Positions 21,845 to 34,648 of a stretch of 42,841 nucleotides of DNA are shown here, one piece after another. Each line of letters begins with the position of its first letter. Position 1 is the stretch's first letter. The notes beneath the pieces were generated by a model that was not told where the DNA came from, searched no databases, and saw only the letters and a program-made list of their open reading frames with translations. This DNA comes from Coniocarpon cinnabarinum (lineage: Eukaryota): positions 62,001 to 104,841 of the forward strand of contig JAVECO010000075.1 in the NCBI GenBank assembly GCA_051942205.1, given 5' to 3'. The translations under genes were made by a program, and so were the position numbers.

Positions 21845-24624
21845 GATTCAGGTGCCGTGGGGAGTTCGTAGACATTCAAAACGTGTTATTGACCATCAGA
21901 GAAATCAAATGGAAGTGGAGGATGTTTTCAAGCAAATAGATCCCAACCCAAATCATGCGCCGCTCTGTTGGGCTATATATCCGTTGCCATCTGCACCGCT
22001 TGGTCGATCTAACAATGCCATTGAGCTGCGGCAAGTGCAGTGTTCGAGCGGCAGCATTCGGTTCCCGCGGTCCACGAGCATATGAATTATGTAGTATGAC
22101 TTGCAGCAGTGAGACACAGAAGCCCTACAGCTTCGTTGTTGAATGAATATTTTTAGTGGCGTATCAGGGAACGCCTCCGCGTCCCGCGTACTCGAGACAT
22201 TGCGCACGAGGACTTGAAGTCTCTATCAATTAATATACCTCCAGCAGGCTGGTGGTAGATGTTGTGATAAATCTCCGATGAGCAGATAGGCGTAGAGCTC
22301 CTCCAATGTGTTGAGGATGACTATGTCAGATTTCGGGCAGCCTTGGAATAGATGACCAGAACTCGAGAGCTCCAGTTGTCGATCGACTCTGCATTGCCTA
22401 GAGCGAGGACGCCCAGTGCCTTTTCAGATACTGAAAATGCTTGCCAACTGTCGCGCTGTGAACCAGGTTGAAAATGATGATGTCACATGGCATTGGCAAG
22501 CATGGAGGTCTCTAAAGATGGCGGGTCAGGGCAAATTTGCCATTTTTACCCTCTCGCGGCACTCTCTATCGCTGACGATTTACTCGCCCTTCATGTCATC
22601 ATCTGCAGCGTGCGTATGCATGCAGTGCCGGTCATGTGGGTCACGTGTGCATGCTTACCGGTCCGCCTGCAGCAGAGTGAGGCCTTCGGCATCGAGCTGA
22701 AGAACAAAGCCGTTCGATCAACGTCATGGCAACCGGAGCAAGTTACAGGAACATTAGATGACTTGAAGAGTCCGCATGATTGATGTGCTGGTTTTCGCAA
22801 AACCAGGAGCCACAGCTGTCCCTTTGCGTACTGTCGCTCTCACTCTAGTCGCTTTGTTAGACACGCCGCCCACTCCAACGAAGGAGAATGTCGTTGCGTC
22901 ATCTGCACAAGGCTGAATTTGCACCAACTTGCTATACGAAAACATGCCCGGCTCATTCTGCGGGCTCGTCGTGCGGGCTCTCCGTACGGACGCACTGTTG
23001 GCTACACTGCATGTCGACGTATGATGTGTCTGAGATGTTCATGATCACCATCAATTCATCATGACAACGTTCTCGTATTCTACATTGACCTATTACTACC
23101 CTGCATGCAATGCGATGGTATACTTGGAATGGATCGTCTTTCCACAGCCTACATCTATGGTGTGGGTGACGGTCAAGGATGGCTGGATCTTGGTGAAAGT
23201 GAAAGAGGTGACCGAAGAGACATGTTTCAAGCGTCTTTGACCTGTTTCTGAGTCTGACTTGGTATTACAGTGGAAACGCGCACAGGGCATCATTGTGGTA
23301 TAGCGCACACCATCAAAGCCGCCGCATCCAATTGCGAGCCCCTTGTTACGGATTGGAACGCCTTCGGGAATGAAATTAAGCTGCCCAAGTTCATCACATT
23401 CCGTCATGTTGTGTGCATTGGACAAGCAGCACAATGTAATGACTAGCAAGCTCATTGACGACGGCTATACCAAGAAGTCGGGTACCTTCCCCGAACATAT
23501 TGACGACTTAGCAGTAGTATACTTTCGCAGCTGTCGAACATCTCTCTTCAGAGCTTCTGTGCACGTTTCCGCGACCACTGGAGACAGGCGACAAGCTCTC
23601 AGGTCGAGTAGGCGATTGAAAACATCTAGACTTGCCAAACTGGTCCAGTAGACAGGGCGGGCAATCGCTGCACTGACGAGGTTTGGACGTCTATCCGGAC
23701 AAGCGAGGACCACATAACTCCGACACTGCGTATTAAGAGTGAAGAGCCAACGACGTAGACGATGAAGGCGACCCTACTGTGTGGGATCGATGTCTGGATT
23801 ATGCAGTGGTGTGATAAACCTGAATTCATGATAGCGATGATGGTGAGTGACAAATAAACCTTGCTAAATATCCAGAGACTGACTTGCGCTATCTTAAGTT
23901 GCTTATGTGGATCGGTGTAACTTGTCTAGTAGTTCTTTATATTCATTGCTTCGGTCTTAGTGTTGCCAAATGCATGAAATACGCCTAAGGCTTAGATCTG
24001 GCTATGTGAGGTCCTCGGTCTATGGTCTGCTTCCCCCCTGGGCCACTGCGCCAATGTGTGGTGCCACATCCGTACGCGTAAAAGTCGCGCGCGTAGCGCT
24101 GAAGTTGACAACTCAAAAAAACGAGATAAGCCCCCCATTCGGAAGCAGCGGCACAGAGGATACAGCAAGAAGAACGTGCAAGTAACGCGCCCACGATGAT
24201 CTAGACAACCAATGGCACCCAAAAATGGCTCAATATGGGTACAGTGTTTATTGGTAAGGGCAGATTATGACACAAATCCCGAGAATGCACGTTGCGTTAA
24301 GCTACAATGAGCAAGCTATTGCTGCAGGTTGCAACGCACGTGCGATTTGATAGACGCCAGCCCTCAACATGCATTGGAACCATACTCGCCCCGGCATAGC
24401 GACGCGTGCGACCGGAGTTCGAAAACCCGGCTCACGTCTTCCGGGAGACGCCTACTTTCTGTAGTTTCCTTGGGACTTAAAAAGGCGTTTCCTGCCAGGC
24501 CAGAAATGAGTATGTGGGTCTAAACCTACACCTCCGCACCGGCATCGCAACCCTTCGAGTCCTCTCGTTGAGGTCAAAGACTTGTGCGTATCTGAGCAGA
24601 CCTCTTGCGCCGAGGCTACCCCAG

Positions 24625-25852
24625 ATGGCTCCGAGTCTCAAGGGCGCGATCACCGCCCTTCTTGCCGGCGCCGTGACGCTCGTTACGGCTCAGTTTGGCT
24701 GTCAGACAGGGCCCTTTCAGTGCTCTGTCTGCGGATTTCAAGGCAGCGCACCCATCAAGTGTCTGGCTGTCAACGCAACGGTTCGTAGCTCCCTCTGTAG
24801 CATCATTAGCTCTCAATGGGCTGTGCACGCCTCCCTGCGAACAATTGTAGTGTACTAAAGGTATCAGTTTGATGACGTGCCTGCCAACCAAGCGCTCACC
24901 AACTATTCCTCCGCGTCATGGCCTGGCTTCACGTCCTCTCGTCCCTCATCACAGGCAACGGTGCCTCATCTAGCACCGTTTTCCGTCCCTCAGACGGCGG
25001 TCGCTTCGAGTGGTCAGGGAACGTTGGTATTGGGGACGACAGACTACAACGGTATCTCGCGGTTCCAATTCCAGGAAGGCGGTCTATTTGGCAGTGTAAG
25101 TCGCTTGTGGGATGCCCTCCTGCCAATGTTACTGTTTGCTAACAAATGCCAAAGCTGGTCAGGTCAGTCGTGCGCCACTTGTTGCGTTACCCGTGCTTCC
25201 AAGGTCGGAGCAGGAGGCATTCTGTACCTCGTCGCATCTTGCGAGCCTCTGCACTTTGCTCTGCCTGCCATGTTCATTGATCCCATTCAGAGTTACTAAT
25301 GCAATCATCAGCTTTCATTACGGCTGTGCAGCTCCACGAACGTCCGCCTCTTCCCCAGTACAGGCTCCCCAAGCATGCTCAGTGACTGTCACCGAGAATT
25401 GTGCCATCTTTGGGCCTAACCCAGCCGGTGTATACGTACCCGTCGCATACAACTCTACTAGCCAGATATACACGTATCAGGTAAGATACAACGAGTTCCA
25501 GGAGGCACATGTGCACCAGGAATAGCTCCACGTCGTAGACTGCACGGACGTTTGAACAATTCTGACAAGCAACAGCCCTCGAGACCCGTCTCTGGCAATG
25601 CGACAAGTCCACTGGCTTTCGGCACCTACCCGGGTGTGAATTTCCGCCAGATCAATGGTAATACTTGCGTCACGTTAAACTATACCTTTGTCGCCACAGG
25701 GGCTGGTACGTTAGACATGCTTAGCACAGACGGAATGTCGATCTAAGCAAGATGCTGACATTGCTCCGATAGGTGCAGCAGCAAGGGGTCCAAAGCCGGC
25801 CCTCGCTGTTGATGATGTGATATTCCGTGCCAACTACTACCAGTCTGGCTAG
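24625..25852 (+). CDS. Secreted Cys-containing hypothetical protein (possibly DUF7371-like); exons 24625-24780, 24868-25095, 25155-25162, 25312-25480, 25576-25705, 25773-25852
   Basis: Signal peptide MAPSLKGAITALLAGAVTLVTA. The spliced product contains TFDD, SLVSFHYGC...CSVTVT and LAVDDV. Donors and branch sites are visible. The family name is tentative. Confidence 0.72.
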
Positions 25853-28070
25853 AGTACGAGCCACCTGGCTTGGGTGACCATTGAGCTAAAGCCTTACGTT
25901 ATTCAGAGTGCGCTGCAAAGTGTCTGCTTTCCAGACTGGAATGCACCTCGAAGTCATACACCGTGCTTGTGTCTGACTAATATCTGTGCTCAACGTAATC
26001 ACCTCCGCTCTATTCGTTTCTGACCGTCGTGGTGCGACGCATTCATTTGATCTCACTTAGGCTTGCAATGTATGAGCATGCATTGATGTTCACTCAAGCA
26101 CGACGCCCGGTAGACTAGCTCCGATCACAACCCGCAAACCGGAAGCACGCGGCAGTGTAATAACAGTAGCCATTTTGTATCATCTTGTCAGCAGACATCT
26201 TTGAAGAACACTGACTTGAAGAAAAGGTACGGACTTAGAGACAAGAAAAACCCAAAAATATTTGCCACTCTGTTCCGGATGCGTCAAAGCCATCTGATAA
26301 TTGACGGACGCGCAGCGATTCCCGCCAACCTAATCGTTTGCTTGGCAGGTGTAAGAATGTTGCGCATGTATGGCGAGCACCACGTTTCGCTGCCTGCTGT
26401 GACCGCCTCTCTGTCTGTGTTTGTCGAAGCTTTGCTAATGCCAACGTTGGGTGAGACGTGCTTGATTCCTCATGTTTGCCCACTTCCGAGCAGCTGGGCG
26501 ATCCTGCGATTGCTTTGCAAGTGTTTCCAACATGTCGAAATCACGGTCAATGCGGTCCGCCAACTCACGCGGCAAGGGCCCTTCAGAGAAGTACTTGCCG
26601 CACAATAATTCAACGTCTTAGGAGTCGCGAGGCGCTTTCGCGGTTTTGCTGATAGCTATGTGACATCAATTGTTCTTATTGTATGGGCTCGTCGCCTAGA
26701 CTGAGATCCGGCAACGACTTTTGTCCCTCACCCTTGCGGCATAGGTTTACCTTGGCCAGTGTCATCCTCGCCATTCTTTACGAGCGGCTGTCGACGTAGC
26801 CAAAGTCGCTCGTGCTTTGCCCTGAACTCTATTCGAGCTCCATACTCTTGGGTATTGTGGACTGTTCTCATATCTCGTGTGCCCAGAGCGTATTTCTTAA
26901 GTCAATGCATGGCGCATGATTGCACGTTAGCGGATCTATACGATAGCTATATCGATATTATTGGGATTCATTACTATGACTGGCATAGATATATACGTAT
27001 ACTGCAGTAATCTCAATTATATCGATGTATATATTAGTAATTACCAACATTCTGGGAGTATGCTGCGATACCTACTTAATCACGTGAACCTTCGACCTTC
27101 GTTCGGCCCCTTCAGACCGCTGAGCCCAAGGCCATCGTGGCTTTTCTTTTGATGAGTAGATCCTTGAAGAAAATATTCAAGCATGTATCTGAGCCAACCC
27201 CGCTGAATGCTGTTGGATGGTTTGGCTCCTTCCACGAGCTATTTCGGTCTGATCAGACTCTTGCTACTAGCATCCTCCTTCGAGACCATTTCGAGCTCGA
27301 TCGTCTGAGCTGGGTGAAACCTGGATGCTATGAGATGCGAAACAGTCTTGGGATGCGAAGTAGACTTGGCTATTCACGCACAGTCCACTACCAGGGACAG
27401 AAAACAAATGGCAACCAGCCCGAAAGAGCATCAGTTCTGAGTCGCGTGAAACCCGCCCCAGCTGTTGGGAGCGTGCTATGGGCGCAAACCCGGCGCATCG
27501 TAGGCAGGATCTTGCCACAAGCACTTGCTGCATACGGTCACTGGTACTGGAACCGCTGCCCGCTTGATTTCCTTTCGTAACTTCGCAACGTTGACCCGCC
27601 TATCAGACCTTGTTTCGGTGGATGTGGTTGATCCTTCTTGGTGCGCCCGGACATAGCTAACAGTAAGCCTCTGCGCCATGACATCTCTCGAGAAGGAGCC
27701 TCCACATGATTCTGCCTATTTATACGACACGGTGGCCCCTCTCCAGCTTTCCCTTGGCTTGAGCCGGTATAAGCCTGCGCTTAAGTCTGCGTGAAAAGCG
27801 AGGCATGTTACTGGGCTGAATCTGCCGATCTTCACAGTGCTGTGCATCATCCATACCCTTGGCAAATCTGAAGCAAGCAACCGCGACCTCATTGGTCCTT
27901 TATCCAAGCCTGTACGGAGAGTTGCAACGATCATCAGTGTTACCGGTCCCTAGAAATGGCTTGGCCGCACATATGGGTTGGTTCAGATGTCTCATGGACG
28001 CCCCTGATACTCCCAAACTGTGGGCGAGCACGCACAAAATTGCTGACATGACAGGCGCTGGACCTCCACT

Positions 28071-28475
28071 ATGCCAAAACCGACTCAAGCTCCGAGAAGA
28101 AGCTCTCGTTCACGTTCACGAGATCGGAGACAAACAAAGAGCAGACGTAAGTCGCACACATGGGAATACATCGCGCAACGCCTTTGTCCTGACGGGAATT
28201 TTGATGTCAGATTTTATGTGGACGGTAGCAAGAAGCTCATTAAAGAAGAGAAAGTCTACACAGACGGGCCAAGTCTAACGGTTACGAATCAACTTGGAGG
28301 AAGACAATTGGAGAGTTGGCTCTTCTACCAACTCACGGCGGCTAAGCCCACAAAGCAAGGCTCTCAGAAAGCCATTGGAGAAGCAGTCCTTAAACATTTC
28401 CGCGAGAAGAAATACATCGACGAGACGCAAGAAAAGACCGGTGTCGATTGGTTGAAGAAAAATGTTACAAACTGA
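28071..28475 (+). CDS. Small orphan protein (134 aa) with a basic Arg/Ser-rich N-terminus
   Basis: ATG ORF with protein-like composition. No family recognised. Confidence 0.5.
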   Translation: MPKPTQAPRRSSRSRSRDRRQTKSRRKSHTWEYIAQRLCPDGNFDVRFYVDGSKKLIKEEKVYTDGPSLTVTNQLGGRQLESWLFYQLTAAKPTKQGSQKAIGEAVLKHFREKKYIDETQEKTGVDWLKKNVTN

Positions 28476-28940
28476 TATGGCAAGTGTGGGAACGCCGCGA
28501 TTACAAGAGGCTTAAAACATTATCAGCGTTCTAGTACAGGTATCCGCGTCGATTGAAGGCCAGCGCATTTACCACTGGATAGAGTATCAAACACGTCTCT
28601 TGCGTTGAGTGAGGTTTGAGGTTTGGTTTGGCGATGTGTAACCCATTTGTCGTCTCGCCTCTATCCGCCATGCATTGCCCCCAGCTTCCCGGTCATTAAG
28701 CTCTGATGTGCAAGGACTAACGACTGCGACGAGATTGGCAGAATGGGACCGCTGTGCGCTTTGCTAGAAGGTTCGAGTTTTACTTCATCTGCCTTACCGT
28801 TCGCATGTTACCGCCACTCGCCGCGCCAAGAGAGGCCTTGATGGTTTAGTCCGGCTCTTGAACCCTGAGGAACATCATTTGGACCGATAGCAGTTCCATG
28901 GGGTTACTTCAAAACTTCCACACGAAACGCTTGACGCAGA

Positions 28941-30376
28941 TTATTCATGCACTGTGTTTCGTGGCCTTTCTCCAGACTCAAACCAGCTACCTTTACTTCC
29001 TCTGCTTTCCACGTCGTTCAATTCTATGTAAATATCCGTCCGTTTTGCAATATCTTGGTTCCCGGATTCATCGATGCTGTAGCCCAAGTGTGAAGTTGCG
29101 GAAGACCTGACAGTTGCATGGGGTCCATGTGTTTTCCGCGGGGAGCCCTCTCCATCACTGAGAACAAGCTCCTCATCCGAGCGTCCGGCAAATCTGCGGA
29201 CCGCATCCTGCGAGTGCATAGGCTGTTTCCAATGGCTGTATAACTGACGCAGGGCGGGCAAGCAGGCACAGATGATTGCCCCAAAAATCTCAGCGGCGAC
29301 CCAGTATGAAAGTGGGACTAGATCCCCTGCATCAAGTTGATTAGTATCGTAAGACTGGCTGGAATGTCAAGAATTAGAAAGGTTCCATACATTGTGGATC
29401 AGAAGAGGAAAATCTCAAAGCAACGGCTCGGCCTATGCTGCAGCTGGCAGTGACAAGACCACAGCTGAGAATGGCCAAAAGTCCATTCTTGGTACGGCGA
29501 TCCATTTGGATGTGGTAAAAGGTGGCGAAAGGTAGAAGAGCGCATTCGAAATCGATGATACAATTAATGCCTAGCAAGCACAGTATTTCCAGGTCAGTTG
29601 GAGTCTGCTTCACAGCGAGTGCCAAAACACGGGTTATTAATACAACCAAAAAAAGCAATTGAGCAAAATGGACATACCGGCAAAGGTTTGGTTGATGACA
29701 TCGAGCGTCTGACGATTCAAACACCATCCGGGAGAATGAGGATAGAAGTACTTGTTTATGGGTATACACATGATCCAGTAGGTGATGCAAGTTCCGACCC
29801 TTTCAGACATGACTTAGCCTTCGGCAGCACTTATTAAGATGCAGGGCACGTTGAATAAGGACATACATGATAGCAAAATTCAGTACCAAACCTCCCCAAA
29901 GCAGGCGAGCCCATCTCGGAACGAATCCCATGATGCGAAGAAGAAAGACGATGATGGACGCCCGTGTAAAGCCAATGCTGAGTGGGTTGAATGTATTGAC
30001 GGCAATATTGGTCTTTTGAACGATTATAAGTTGACTGCGGGTGAGGAGAACGTGGTGATGGCCATAGTGTCCATCGAAAATCTGTATCATTTGCGGTACG
30101 AGGGAAGCCACTGCAAAAATCTGGCATCGGCGGTCAATGAGTGAAACGAATCAATGTTCCAACGGATATTCGATCACACACCAGGCCTACGATTATCAAA
30201 ATATCATCCCAACCGCCGGCTCTTTTCACGTGAAATCGAGTGTAGCTGCGCAGGACGACGCAGACAAATGCGACAGTCGCTATGGTAATATCGAAAATAG
30301 GAACGCCAGGAACTGCGCGGCTAACGTCTTTCATTCCAGGTGGCGGCGTGCCGATGGTTTGCGACATGCTCATCAC
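28941..30376 (-). CDS. Pth11-like (fungal rhodopsin-domain) membrane protein 2; introns 30121-30181, 29800-29866, 29571-29677, 29327-29390
   Basis: Motifs VVLRSYTR, GWDD, GHYGHH, RASIIVFLLRI, CIP...GWC, NCIID...LLP and AEIFGAIICACLPALRQL. The five-exon model is open. Confidence 0.88.
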
Positions 30377-31278
30377 GTCAGGATGATGACAAGAAACCCT
30401 GGGTCAGTAAGCCTTGGGTGGCCTGGAGGATTAGGTGCTGCTTGGCGAGATCGGTGTGGAATTTGTCTGGTAAAGCGACCTCAGGTAAAAAATCAATTGA
30501 ACATTACAGGATTACACTCAAACAAGATTCATACAACGGCCGTGACATGGGGGCAGAAAGTTAGGTTCGACGACACCATGGCATGCTTTAGTACTCAGAT
30601 ACATGGCTCAGAGCCACAGCAGAGCAAGCGACTGTTCCCAAGCGATAAGACGATGCAGAAATGCAACAAGGTACACAGGCAAATGGTAGCGTCAAATGCG
30701 GTTGAAAGGCCCGCTCCGCCTCTTCCACAGAAGGGGGAAGATATGCTTTGCCAAGAATGAAGGTACCAGGGCATGCTGGTATTTAGCCAGTGCTCCAGCA
30801 CCGTGGGTGTGGAATACGACCGAAGATAGCCACGCACTTGAAAGCCAGGTCATTTTAGGGCAGATGCCGCAAGCTGCTTAAAGGGGGGGCTGAACATGCG
30901 CGAGAGGCTGCATGCTCGTCGATGGTATGATAATGTTCGGCGGGGCCAGGGAGATGTGGGGTTCGCCCTGGCAGAAACTGGGGAATCATCCAAGAGCGGC
31001 ATCACACTACCAGACAAATCGCGCATCCGCTGCACAATGCTGGATGGGATGAAACAAGGTGGAGATGGAGTCGTGGAGGCGGGAGGTCGGCGCAAGACCC
31101 GTGGCAAGGGCCTCGTAGGAAAGTACTTGCCGCACTTTAAATCGGCGTCTTCTGAGTCGCAAAGCACTTTCGCCGTTGTACTCATAGCCTTGTGACTTAA
31201 CATGTTCGTATTGTACAGGCTCGTCGCCTGGACTGAAATCTGGCAACGACTTTTGTCCATGCCCCTTGTGGCGTATTT

Positions 31279-31326
31279 GCGGGGGACGTCACGTGCAGGG
31301 TCAGGCATCACAAGCCGTCACGTGAC
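31279..31326. promoter_or_regulatory. Candidate regulatory cluster: SYGGRG (CreA-type) site and two GTCACGTG E-boxes
   Basis: GCGGGG at 31279-31284, GTCACGTG at 31288-31295 and the palindrome GTCACGTGAC at 31317-31326, in the divergent gap between Pth11-like 2 and the lipase. Confidence 0.35.
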
Positions 31327-31740
31327 TGAGCTCGGACTGTGCCCGGCTCACCTCCCGCGCCCGACTGAGCACATACCTTGCTCCTCTCATGCCCTTTTGT
31401 CTATCGCCGTAAATCAACCATCGTTGCCTTTGTAGACTTATCGTCGGCCTGCGGGCCCGCCCCGCTCGCTGTGGAGATGGCGTGAGGGGAAGGAGAACGA
31501 TGCGTGTGATATATTGCAGACTTGCATGCATGGATCGTCCTCAACGCATTGCCTGCGCGCTGGGTGCGCCCGACCCTATACTTACTTCTCCGTGCCACGC
31601 TGTTGCTCGATTTCATTCAGGCTTCGGTCTCGAGACAGGTAAGCCCAGAGTAGGTGACTGTCGTCTGCAGCGGCTCCGTTGTCCAACATATGAGCGCACT
31701 TTTGTTCCCTCGTTATCCACAATCCCGGACGTCGATTGCT

Positions 31741-33198
31741 ATGCTTGGCGTGCCGACCTTCCTCACCTTCAGCTGGTGCTTGCTGCAATCCACTTGGGCG
31801 TACACCGCATCGCCGGCGATCAAGGTTCAAGAGGTCAATTACCAAGCAACGCCAGGTTCGCCAAGGGCAGACCAGGCATCGCATGTGATCGCAGCCGCCC
31901 AAGTCGATCCACCGGTTGCTCAAGTTGCGCAGGTGGCCATCGAGTTTGAGCGCTCGAATTGGGCGACTGGCTCTGTCAAGGATGACCCTTTGTACACGCT
32001 CCCTGCCAATGCATCAGACGCCATCCCCGGTACAATTCTCCGCGTCGAGCTGAAAACAAACACCACCCACTATACGGTACCTCCGGGGATAGCCATGTCC
32101 CGCTTCGTGTATCAATCGGCCACACTCAATGGCACCGCTGTTCCTGCATCCGCGTTTGTGGTCTGGCCTTGGCAGCCGCGAGCTTTTCCTCATGTCTCAG
32201 GTGCGCCGGTCGTTGCATGGGCACACGGCACGTCTGGTCTGAACGCGGAGTGCGCACCTTCGCACATGCAAAACCTATGGTATCAATTCTCAGCACCATT
32301 TACGCTGGCACTTCAAGGCTACGCAGTGATCGGTGTTGATTATGCGGGACTCGGAATCAACGAGACTCTTGATGGACAGCCAATTGTGCATCAATGGGCA
32401 GCACATCCAGCCGGTGCAAATGACCTCGTGTATGCCGTGCAGGCCGCTCGTGAAGCATGGCCCGCGGAGCTCAGCGAGCAGTTCGCGGTATTCGGGCACT
32501 CGCAAGGTGGTGGTGTTGCGTGGGGTGTGGCCCAGCGGCAGGTGCACGAACCTGTATCTGGCTACCTCGGCGCTGTCGCTGCAAGTCCGTTAACCGACTA
32601 TTCTCACTATTCTACTGCAAATCTTTCCGCATCCGGCTCATGGTTGGTCATGGCTGCACAAACTGTGGCCTCAATTTTTCCAGAGTTTGTCACGTCCGAG
32701 TGGCTAACGCCAGCAGGCGAAAAGGCATTGAAACTCTATAATGACCTCAGTGGATGTCAGTCGATGCGCCAAACACTGCTACAGGGCACAAATACCGTCT
32801 ACGCGAAACCGATGTGGAACGAATCTTGGTTCTTCAACGCTTTCAACGAGCTCATTGCTAATGGAGGACGTCGAGTCGCGGGACCTATGCTTGTACTGCA
32901 GGGCACCGACGACCCTTCGGTAAGTTACGAAGTGACGACAGCCTCGGTCAACGCCACCTGCGAGACCTTTGCAGACACAAGTTTACAGTATGTGGTGTAT
33001 GAAGGAGTGACACATGTACCGGCCTTGTTTGCGGGGCAACAGACGTACTTGAACTGGATCGCGGATCGCTTCATGGGCTTTGAAACTCCCCGCAAGTGTG
33101 TACGAGAGCATCTTGAGCCGTTTCGGGCAATGGGATCTTATCAAAGAGACATCAACTATTTTTTGGAACGTCCTCAATACGCGTATGAGACTGCGTAG
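31741..33198 (+). CDS. Secreted alpha/beta-hydrolase (secretory lipase, LIP-like)
   Basis: Signal peptide from the ATG at 31741, then VAWAHGTSG, CAPS, DYAGLG, the nucleophile elbow GHSQGG, LVLQGTDD and GVTHVP. Confidence 0.9.
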   Translation: MLGVPTFLTFSWCLLQSTWAYTASPAIKVQEVNYQATPGSPRADQASHVIAAAQVDPPVAQVAQVAIEFERSNWATGSVKDDPLYTLPANASDAIPGTILRVELKTNTTHYTVPPGIAMSRFVYQSATLNGTAVPASAFVVWPWQPRAFPHVSGAPVVAWAHGTSGLNAECAPSHMQNLWYQFSAPFTLALQGYAVIGVDYAGLGINETLDGQPIVHQWAAHPAGANDLVYAVQAAREAWPAELSEQFAVFGHSQGGGVAWGVAQRQVHEPVSGYLGAVAASPLTDYSHYSTANLSASGSWLVMAAQTVASIFPEFVTSEWLTPAGEKALKLYNDLSGCQSMRQTLLQGTNTVYAKPMWNESWFFNAFNELIANGGRRVAGPMLVLQGTDDPSVSYEVTTASVNATCETFADTSLQYVVYEGVTHVPALFAGQQTYLNWIADRFMGFETPRKCVREHLEPFRAMGSYQRDINYFLERPQYAYETA

Positions 33199-33289
33199 GC
33201 CAATGTGAGCACTAAGACAACTTTTGGGACCTTCACCTTTGGCAATCATCACCACTTCCTGCGAGGTCTGGGAGCCTGCACTGGTCACA

Positions 33290-34648
33290 TCATGCAAACA
33301 ACTCCCCCGGGCCCTCCACATCCACGCCCTAGAGTCAGCATGTCAGCACCAATGTTTGTCAGAATGTTTTCGGGGCAAGAGCAAACCGACCAGCGCGACC
33401 TTTCCCATACTCTTCCCACCTTCAATGACTTGATGCGCCTCCCTCAGCCCCGCAACCGTCAAACGCACCTCACGCTGCATGGTTCCTTTGATCCTACCCT
33501 CATCTATCATTCTTGCCAATTCTTCCAACATCCGCCCATGACTCTCCATATCGACACCATACCAAGGCTTCGTACCTATCAAGCTCCAAATGAAGGACAG
33601 ACTCTTCGCCATAAATTCGGTACCGTACATAGCAGACATTTCTTTCGTCTGCACAATGCTACAAACCTTACCGAATGGGGCGCACAGCGCTGCCGCGGGG
33701 TGCAGGTATGGTGTTGTGGAGTGCGTGATGAAGACGTATTTGAGGGGTGTGGAAGGTGGAACGTTGAGGGCTTTGACTTGTGCAGTGATGTCCTCACGAT
33801 GGCTGTGCTGCGTTAGTGGCACTCAGAGGACAATGTGTGGGAACGAAAGCGCGTGGGCATACTTGACTGTGTGCGTCGCGCCCATCGTCTGACTGAAGGC
33901 CGTTGTTTCGTCTCGCGACGTGGTCGTGATGACGACGGGTAAGCGCAGGATCTCACGCGCAATCTGTGTGGCAACGGATCCGACACCTGTGCATCAAGAT
34001 TAGCACATTTAGCACTTGCCTACTCACGAAGAGCATGACATACCGCCAGCACCATTCACGATCAATACGCCTGCCTGCTCTCCGACTCGGATCTCCATCC
34101 GTTCCAACAGCGCTTCGTACGCAGTCACATACGTCAACGGCAATGCCGCAGCCTGAGTCCAGCTCAAAGTCTTGGGCTTGTGTCCTACGCTTCGCGCATC
34201 CACCAGCTGGAGCTCAGCATTGCTACCAGGCCTGGTGGGACTGCCGCTGTAGTAGACATGATCGCCTGCTTTGAAGTTCTGGACGTGCGGGCCAGTGGCT
34301 TCAACGATGCCTGCACCGTCGAAGCCAATGATTTGATCCTTTGCGGGGACGTGATCAAAGTAGTCGGGGTAGTCGTCGTAAATGCCGCTGCGGACTTTGA
34401 TGTCGATGGGGTTAACGGAGCAGGCTTTGACTCTGTAATGATCAGCTGTCGGCGTCCTTAGAGCGCATGACCGCTTGGGCCTCTCGTGACTTTTACTCTT
34501 GCATTACGGCGATGGAAATGACTATTGCGGATGTGTTTTCCACGTACCTTACAAGAAGGTCATGACCATGCGGCGGCGCCGGGTCTGGCACTTGTTTTGA
34601 TACTAGCTGATCTGAACCTCCTCGTCGCTCGACCACGATAGCCTTCAT
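33290..34648 (-). CDS. MDR-superfamily quinone oxidoreductase / zinc-type alcohol dehydrogenase-like protein; introns 34433-34547, 33987-34043, 33803-33862, 33329-33390
   Basis: The spliced translation reads MKAIVV..DLLVRVKACSVNPIDIKVR, IIGFDGAGIV, GSNAELQLVD, AAALPLTYVTAYEAL, the Rossmann motif NGAGGVGS, and GLREAHQVIEGGKSMGKVAL. Most of it is missing from the ORF track. Confidence 0.92.

Noticed and set aside
26201..27934. ORFs 26201-26608, 27137-27580 and nearby
   Set aside because: Non-ATG starts or no recognisable motifs; cannot be supported as genes.
33205..34461. Plus-strand ORFs at 33205-33816, 33966-34274 and 34180-34461
   Set aside because: Shadows of the spliced minus-strand oxidoreductase.
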